A stretch of 10,706 nt of DNA from Candidatus Xenobia bacterium (GTDB lineage Bacteria; Vulcanimicrobiota; Xenobia; Xenobiales; QWHO01), in contig BTUM01000146.1 in assembly GCA_045863235.1 (NCBI GenBank), positions 1 through 10,706 of the forward strand, read 5' to 3'. Below are positions 1-5,315 of this stretch, in pieces. The position numbers and the translations under genes were made by a program. Under the pieces are notes generated by a model. That model searched no databases and was not told the DNA's origin. It worked only from the letters and a program-made list of their open reading frames with translations. The first letter of the stretch is position 1, and each line of letters begins with the position of its first letter.

Positions 1-159
1 GGGCAAGTCGGGTGCGCATGCGCGCCCCACTCGGTGGCGCAACCCGGCAGGGCAGGCAGGGCTGTGGCTTGCGCGGGCAAGTCGGGTGCGCATGCGCGCC
101 CCACTCGGTGGCGCAACCCCAGGCAGGGCAGGCAGTCGCCGGGCTTGCGCGGGCAAGTC
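1..159. repeat. Tandem palindromic repeat: 2 full units (1-74, 75-150) plus a partial third (151-159), REP/BIME-like, probably continuing left of the window
   Basis: Positions 1-45 are identical to 75-119. GGCAGGGCAGGCAG occurs at 46-59 and 122-135. GGCTTGCGCGGGCAAGTC occurs at 66-83 and 142-159 and folds as a 7-bp hairpin. Each unit contains the perfect palindrome GCGCATGCGC. Unit lengths of 74 and 76 are not multiples of 3, which argues for non-coding. Confidence 0.9.
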
Positions 160-242
160 TCCGTCGAGACGCGCGAGGGTCGCGAGCTCGCCCGCACACT
201 CCTGGAGGCGTTCCCCTGCCCAGGACGGAATATCTTTCACGA

Positions 243-2909
243 GTGGTCGTCCAACTGCTGGTGCGCCTGGCAAGCTGGTTCTGGAGGCATCCCCGCAAAG
301 GCCTTGGCCTGGGGCTGGGGGTGGCTCTGGCGTCCTTGCTGCTGGCCTTCCTCAAGCTGGGCTTTCAAGCCGACTGGATCGAGCTCTTCTCCCCCACCGA
401 CCCCTACCGCAAGCAGATCGAAGCCCTGCACCGTGAGTTCCCCTACTCCAATGACCTGATGGTGCTGGTGCGGGGAGGCACGCCGGCCGAGCGCGAGGCC
501 TATCTGCAGGAGCTGACCGCCAAGCTGCAGGCCGAGCCCGAGCTCTTCCGCGAGGTCTTCACGGCCCTCGATCTCACCCCCTATCGCAAGCACGCCCTCT
601 ACTACCTCGAGAGCGCGCAGGTCGAGACCGTGCTCCAGACCCTGCTCGCCTTTCAGCCTCTCCTGAGCGGGCTTGGCCAGGAGGGGCTGGGGGGCATGCT
701 GCGGGCCATTCCCGCCGGGCTGCAGCAAGACTCTCGCCAGCGCGTGCAGATCGTGCTCAAGCTGATCAACGGAGCCCTCGAGCAGCTGCTCAGCTGCCTG
801 CGCGAGCGGGACGTCTTCCGCTACCACTCCCCCTTCGGCGAGGTCATCCCCCTGCCCGACGATCCTCGTTACCAGATCTTGCTCAAGAGCGACGACCGCC
901 TGCTCTATAACACCCTGGACAACGGCCAGATCCACTTCCTGGTGCTGCTCCCCCCTCACGGCACCGGCTACGGCCCCGCCCCCGCCACCGTCGACCGCCT
1001 GCGCGAGCTGCTCGAGGAGCTGCGCCCCGGGCACCGCAACCTGCTCGCCTCCTTGACCGGCGCCCCCCTGCTGGCCACCGACGAGCGCCGCCAGTGCTTA
1101 CAGGACGCCTGGCGGGGAGCCGTCCTCTCGCTGGGGCTGGTGGTCTTGCTGCTGGCCTTCGGCTTTTGCGAGCTCGGCCGCCCCACCCTGGTGCTGCTGG
1201 CCCTGGCCACCGGCATCGCCTGGACCCTCGGCTACGCCAGCCTGACCGTGGGCCACCTGAACTTTCTCACCATCATGGCCCTCTCCATGCTGACCGGACT
1301 GGGTGCCGACCTGGGCATCCACGTGCTGGCCCGCTACGCCGAGGAGTGCCAGTGCGGCTGCGGCCAGCTGCTGGCCCTGGAGAAGACCGTGCGCCAGACC
1401 GGCTCGGTGGTGTGGGCCGGCGCCCTGGTCACCTCGGCTGGCTTCTGGACCCTGCACGGCAGCGAGTTCCAGCCCGTGGCCGAGCTGGGCACCATCGTGG
1501 GAGGGGGGATCCTGCTCTGCTGCCTGGCCCTGGGCACTGTCTTCTGGTCGTTCGTGGCCCTGCTCGAATCACGCTGCCACGGCCACCGGTTCCGCCCCCC
1601 CGGAGCCAGCGCCCTCATCGAGCTAGAGCGCCGCGTGCTCGAGCGCCCCCTGCCCGTGGTGGCGCTCTTCGGCCTGCTCACCGTGGCGGCCGCCCTCTAC
1701 GGCGGGCGCGTGGCCTTCGACGAAAACCTGCTGCGCCTGCAAGACCCCGCGATGCAGGCCGTGCAGAGCGAGCTCGAGCTGGCCCGGAGCGGCAACTCGG
1801 TCATCGTCAACGCCGTCTCGGTGGCCGACAACCTCGACCAGGTGCGCGAGCGCGCCGCCCGCTTCGCCGCCCTGCCGAGCGTGGCCCGGGTGGACTCGCT
1901 GGCCCCCCTGGTGCCCCCCGACCTTGCCTCCAGGCGCCCTCACGTCGAGCGCCTGGTGGAGCAGATCGCCCGCCTGAGAGAGGTGCGCTTCAAGGCCGTG
2001 GAGGGCTCTGACGCCCTGATCGAGCTGCAACGCGGCATCCGCGACGTCGACCAGCAGCTCGGCTTCCTCTTGCCCGCCCTCAAGCGCGAGGAGGGCGTGG
2101 ACCGCTTCTGGACCAGCTGGGTCGAGCTCGGCCGCCTGACCGAGGAGATGGGCCCGGGCGCCATCGAGGGGGCCCTGGAGGTCTTCCAGAAGGCCTGCCA
2201 GGAGGACCTGAACAGTCTGTTCGAGCTCCTGCGCGAGCAGTCCGTCGAGCCCCCCACCCTGGCCGCCATCCCGCCGTCCTTGCGCCTGCGGGCCATCGGG
2301 ACGAGTGGCAAGCTGCAGCTTCGCATCATCCCGCGCTTTGACCCCTGGCAGCGGGGCAACCTGGAGCGCTTCGTGGCCGAGCTTCGCACCGTCGACCCCG
2401 AGGTGACGGGGGATGCGCTGCTGGTGCTGCGGTTCAACCGGGTCATCCACCGCACCTATGACAAGGTGGGGTGGTACACGTTCGCCTCGGTTCTGATCCT
2501 GCTGGTGCTCTACTTCCGTCGACCGGTAGCGCCGTTGCTGGCCCTGCTGCCGGTGAGCGTGTCGCTTATCTGGATGCTGGCCTTGATGCGCTGGTGGGGG
2601 ATGGCGTTCAACCCGGCCAACTTCATCGCGGTGCCGCTGCTGGTGGGCATCGGGGCCTCCTTCGGGCTGCAAGTGGTGGCCCGGGCCTGGGAGGAGGGCG
2701 AGGAGGCGATGCTCAGCTTCTCGACCGGGCCGGCGGTGATCTTCTCGGCACTGCTTGCGATGGCGGGGTTTGGGAGCTTATTGGGATCGGCCCACGTGGG
2801 GGTGCAGAGCCTGGGGGCGATCGTGGCGTGCACGGTGGGGATGAGCGTGGTGGCGTCGCTGGCTCTGTTGCCGGCGGTGGTGCGGTTGATGCGAGGGCAG
2901 AGGGCGTAG
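243..2909 (+). CDS. MMPL/RND-family transporter, HpnN-like (hopanoid-associated lipid exporter), about 888 aa
   Basis: Architecture of two repeats of 1 TM + large soluble domain + 5 TM. Motifs LTGAPLL, TM4 GLGADLGIH, VTGDALL, NPANFIAVPLLVGIG and AVIFSAL..AGFGSLLGSAHVGVQSLG resemble HpnN-type MMPL proteins. The ORF-track start at 12 runs through the tandem repeat. GTG at 243, just before the first amphipathic/TM segment, is the more plausible start but is uncertain. Stop TAG at 2907-2909. Confidence 0.88.
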   Translation: MVVQLLVRLASWFWRHPRKGLGLGLGVALASLLLAFLKLGFQADWIELFSPTDPYRKQIEALHREFPYSNDLMVLVRGGTPAEREAYLQELTAKLQAEPELFREVFTALDLTPYRKHALYYLESAQVETVLQTLLAFQPLLSGLGQEGLGGMLRAIPAGLQQDSRQRVQIVLKLINGALEQLLSCLRERDVFRYHSPFGEVIPLPDDPRYQILLKSDDRLLYNTLDNGQIHFLVLLPPHGTGYGPAPATVDRLRELLEELRPGHRNLLASLTGAPLLATDERRQCLQDAWRGAVLSLGLVVLLLAFGFCELGRPTLVLLALATGIAWTLGYASLTVGHLNFLTIMALSMLTGLGADLGIHVLARYAEECQCGCGQLLALEKTVRQTGSVVWAGALVTSAGFWTLHGSEFQPVAELGTIVGGGILLCCLALGTVFWSFVALLESRCHGHRFRPPGASALIELERRVLERPLPVVALFGLLTVAAALYGGRVAFDENLLRLQDPAMQAVQSELELARSGNSVIVNAVSVADNLDQVRERAARFAALPSVARVDSLAPLVPPDLASRRPHVERLVEQIARLREVRFKAVEGSDALIELQRGIRDVDQQLGFLLPALKREEGVDRFWTSWVELGRLTEEMGPGAIEGALEVFQKACQEDLNSLFELLREQSVEPPTLAAIPPSLRLRAIGTSGKLQLRIIPRFDPWQRGNLERFVAELRTVDPEVTGDALLVLRFNRVIHRTYDKVGWYTFASVLILLVLYFRRPVAPLLALLPVSVSLIWMLALMRWWGMAFNPANFIAVPLLVGIGASFGLQVVARAWEEGEEAMLSFSTGPAVIFSALLAMAGFGSLLGSAHVGVQSLGAIVACTVGMSVVASLALLPAVVRLMRGQRA

Positions 2910-2915
2910 AGTGAA

Positions 2916-3104
2916 TTGGAGAGCGAGGTGGAGCTAAACGTCCCCAACCGATGGTCTGAAAAGGGCTACCGAAAGGGCTTCAAAGAGGGGCGAGGAGGGC
3001 TCGCCACCCACAGACCACTGCTGAACTTGCCGCGCAGGGTGGGGAAAGCTGTTCGTAGGCAGCTCCGCGCTGACCGGCTCAGGGCGCAGTACGAACCAAT
3101 CTAG
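2916..3104 (+). pseudogene. Possible remnant of an Rpn/DUF4351-type (PD-(D/E)XK transposase-like) C-terminal region
   Basis: The 62-aa ORF begins ESEVELNVPNRWSEKGYRKGFKEGRGG, resembling the W-x-E-[EK]-G-x-x-[EK]-G-x-x-E-G tetrad repeat at the C-terminus of Rpn/DUF4351-like proteins. There is no nuclease domain and only a TTG start. The similarity was judged by eye. Confidence 0.35.
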
Positions 3105-3238
3105 CTCCTGTCTTCGCCGCTGGATGCGCCGAGCCGCCGGGCAACACACGGGCGAACTCTCCAGGGCGAATCTCAGCCAGCGGTCCCAGATAGAAGGAAT
3201 CTCGCGGGGAAGAAAGCAAAACCCCCTTCCGATCACAC

Positions 3239-3245
3239 GGGGAGG
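3239..3245 (+). promoter_or_regulatory. Shine-Dalgarno sequence for the OPX gene
   Basis: GGGGAGG ends 8 nt upstream of the TTG at 3254. Confidence 0.75.
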
Positions 3246-3253
3246 TTCCTGTT

Positions 3254-4405
3254 TTGAGGTTATCCGCACTCTGCGTGGCCCTGATGGCCCTCTTGTTGAC
3301 CTTTGCGCAGGCCGAGCCAGCGAGCAGCTCCAACCCGGTTTACCTCCTGCAGCCGGGCGACAAGCTCGAGTTTCGAATCACCACCTTGCCCCAACTGGAA
3401 GCCTACTACATTATTCGCAAAGACGGCTACTTCGACCATCCTGTCCTGGGCGAGACCAAGGCTGCCGGCCGGACGCTCGCTCAGGTCTCAAGCATCGTGC
3501 AGGCGAAGTTGAAGCGAGAGCTGAAAAACCCGTCTTTCCGGCTGGGACTCGTAGAGACCGCCAGCCGCAACGTCGCTATCCTGGGCGAAGTAACCTCGCC
3601 AGGGCGCTATCCGCTCGTGCCGGGCTCCAATGTGTGGGACCTCCTGGCGCTGGCCGGGGGTGTGTCGGCCAAGGCCGACCCCGAAACAGCCGTGCTGGTG
3701 AGGGGTGGGGTCAGCCAACCCATTCGCGTCACCCCTCCGGCAATCGGCTCGCCGACCGATTCGATCAGCCTCAATGATGGGGACATCATCTACATTCAGC
3801 CAGGGCTGCGGGTCAGCGTAACCGGTGAGGTCTTTACCCCCGGCGTGGTCTCCCTGAGCAGGATGTCGGGCAGCATTGCCTCCGCTGTGGCGGCAGCCGG
3901 CGGAACCAAGCCAGAGGCAGCCCTGGACCGGGCAGAGATCCTGCGGCCCAGCCTGGCCAAGTCGGTGCCCATCGATCTGCGTCCGGGGGCCGCCGCCAAT
4001 CTACCCGAAGAGTTCAAGACCCTGCAGGACGGCGACATGATCGTCGTGCCAGCACGACAGGCCATGGTGGCGGGAGCGATATCCAAGCCGGGCCCGGTTG
4101 CCCTCAAGGGCGGCGAGAATCTGCTTGACGTGCTGAACGGCGCGGGCGGTGCTGGCGGCCAGGCGGACGTCAGCCGGGTGGCCATTTTGCGGCAGGCCGA
4201 TGTGAAGGCCGGTCAGGGCAAGGTCGAGGAAGTCGACGTGAGGGCTGTCTTCGAGGGCGATGACAAAGCCAGGCCGCTTCCGCTGATTTACGACGGGGAC
4301 ATCGTCTTTGTGCCATCCAAGAATGAGCAAGACTCCCTGGGATTTCTGCGGATCTTGACCACCATCACTTCGCTCGGCGGGCTCTACAATATATTCCTCA
4401 GGTAG
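3254..4405 (+). CDS. Polysaccharide biosynthesis/export (OPX, Wza-like) protein with Poly_export domain and three SLBB domains, 383 aa
   Basis: Sec signal peptide ending A-Q-A. Poly_export signature YLLQPGDKL...IRKDGYF..PVLGE..AAGRTL..V...NP. Three SLBB repeats (ILGEVTSPGRY..DLLALAGG, VTGEVFTPG..AVAAAGG, VAGAISKPG..DVLNGAGG), each followed by an L/I-x-D-G-D motif. Hydrophobic C-terminal helix. Good SD with a TTG start. Confidence 0.92.
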   Translation: MRLSALCVALMALLLTFAQAEPASSSNPVYLLQPGDKLEFRITTLPQLEAYYIIRKDGYFDHPVLGETKAAGRTLAQVSSIVQAKLKRELKNPSFRLGLVETASRNVAILGEVTSPGRYPLVPGSNVWDLLALAGGVSAKADPETAVLVRGGVSQPIRVTPPAIGSPTDSISLNDGDIIYIQPGLRVSVTGEVFTPGVVSLSRMSGSIASAVAAAGGTKPEAALDRAEILRPSLAKSVPIDLRPGAAANLPEEFKTLQDGDMIVVPARQAMVAGAISKPGPVALKGGENLLDVLNGAGGAGGQADVSRVAILRQADVKAGQGKVEEVDVRAVFEGDDKARPLPLIYDGDIVFVPSKNEQDSLGFLRILTTITSLGGLYNIFLR

Positions 4406-4499
4406 CCCGAGTTTTTTCGCTCCGACCCGAATCTGTCCTGATGGCGCACGGGTAAGCCAATTCGAAGGAGTTCTCTTCTCCGCGCCTAACGCGTGAGCC

Positions 4500-5216
4500 A
4501 TGCATTCAGGATTCTTCAAAGACAAACGCATTCTGGTGGTGGCCCCTCACGCCGACGACGAGGTATTGGGGTGTGGCGGCACCATTCTCAAAGCCGTCGA
4601 GCAGGGAGCCGAGGTCGCCCTGATGATCGTCTCGGTGGGTGATCTGGTACGCGTGGGGGACGGCAACCAACGCCGAACGGGAGCCGAACGGGTGGACGAG
4701 GTTGAGACCGTGCGCAGATTCCTGGGCGCCCAGCATGCCGAAGTGGTCAAGACCGATGAGGAGAGCCATCTGCGACTGGACGCCATCCCCCGAAGGGACC
4801 TGACAGCCATCCTCGAGCGCGAAGCCCGGCTCTCGTTACGCAACTTCAAGCCACAGATCGTCTTTCTCCCCGCCCCCAGTTACAACCAGGACCACGAGGC
4901 GGTATGTCGAGCGGGCCTGACCGCCTGCCGTCCACACGACCCCGGGGCCCTGCCCGTGCCTCGGGGAGTCTTTCTGTATGAGTATCCTCCCAATTCGTGG
5001 TGCCTGCCCCAGGAGCGCTTCCTGCCCAGCCTCTACGTCGAGATCAGCGATTACCTCGACAAGAAGCTGGAGGCCTACAAGCTGTACGAATCACAGGCCC
5101 GAGCAGGGCTGCACCAGAACAGCCCAGAGAACGTCCGCCATCTCGCGTTGCTGCGCGGCAAGGAGATCGGGGTGGTGGCCGCCGAGGCCTTCCAGACCAT
5201 GAGATTCGTGCTCTAG
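4500..5216 (+). CDS. PIG-L/LmbE-family deacetylase, 238 aa
   Basis: Metal-binding motif ILVVAPHADDEVLGCGGTI, second motif NQDH, then YVEIS..LDKKLEA..YESQ and C-terminal RG..IGVVAAEAF. An in-frame TGA at 4494 fixes ATG 4500 as the earliest start. Confidence 0.93.
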   Translation: MHSGFFKDKRILVVAPHADDEVLGCGGTILKAVEQGAEVALMIVSVGDLVRVGDGNQRRTGAERVDEVETVRRFLGAQHAEVVKTDEESHLRLDAIPRRDLTAILEREARLSLRNFKPQIVFLPAPSYNQDHEAVCRAGLTACRPHDPGALPVPRGVFLYEYPPNSWCLPQERFLPSLYVEISDYLDKKLEAYKLYESQARAGLHQNSPENVRHLALLRGKEIGVVAAEAFQTMRFVL

Positions 5217-5231
5217 TGTGTTGAGCCTTAC

Positions 5232-5309
5232 GTGCTTGAAGGTTTTGCCTACCCTTCGGGGCGACTCCTACAAGTCTGTCGGCGCCAGTTCCTACAGAGC
5301 CTTCAGCAC
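5232..5309 (+). other. Structured intergenic element between convergent genes (long stem, inner cUUCGg hairpin, 3x CCTAC). Candidate bidirectional terminator, REP-derived element or small RNA
   Basis: 5232-5247 GTGCTTGAAGGTTTTG pairs with 5295-5309 CAGAGCCTTCAGCAC (15 bp, 1 bulge, 2 G-U). Inner hairpins are CCC-TTCG-GGG (5252-5261) and GACT-CCTACA-AGTC (5263-5276). Confidence 0.55.
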
Positions 5310-5315
5310 TTCGCT

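Noticed and set aside
1..159. CRISPR array or tRNA interpretation of the ~75-nt periodic repeat
   Set aside because: The would-be spacers are nearly identical between units, there are no cas genes in the window, and there is no T-loop (TTCGA) or cloverleaf.
12..242. N-terminal extension of the transporter ORF given in the track
   Set aside because: It translates the tandem repeat, whose units are not multiples of 3, so the same peptide reappears in another frame. Family-like sequence begins near 243.
3139..3230. c-di-GMP-I riboswitch or ops/JUMPStart upstream of the OPX gene
   Set aside because: GGGCGAAC and GCAAAAC only loosely recall the motif. There is no GNRA-capped P2 stem in the right place and no GGCGGTAG.
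4406..4499. Intrinsic terminator after the OPX gene (T6 tract near 4412-4417) and AAGGAG as SD for the deacetylase
   Set aside because: No convincing GC stem precedes the T-tract, and AAGGAG lies about 30 nt upstream of the ATG, too far for an SD.
5217..5315. Hammerhead or other self-cleaving ribozyme
   Set aside because: The minus strand has CTGAAGG rather than CUGANGA and lacks a correctly placed GAAA. I recognise no twister, pistol or HDV core.
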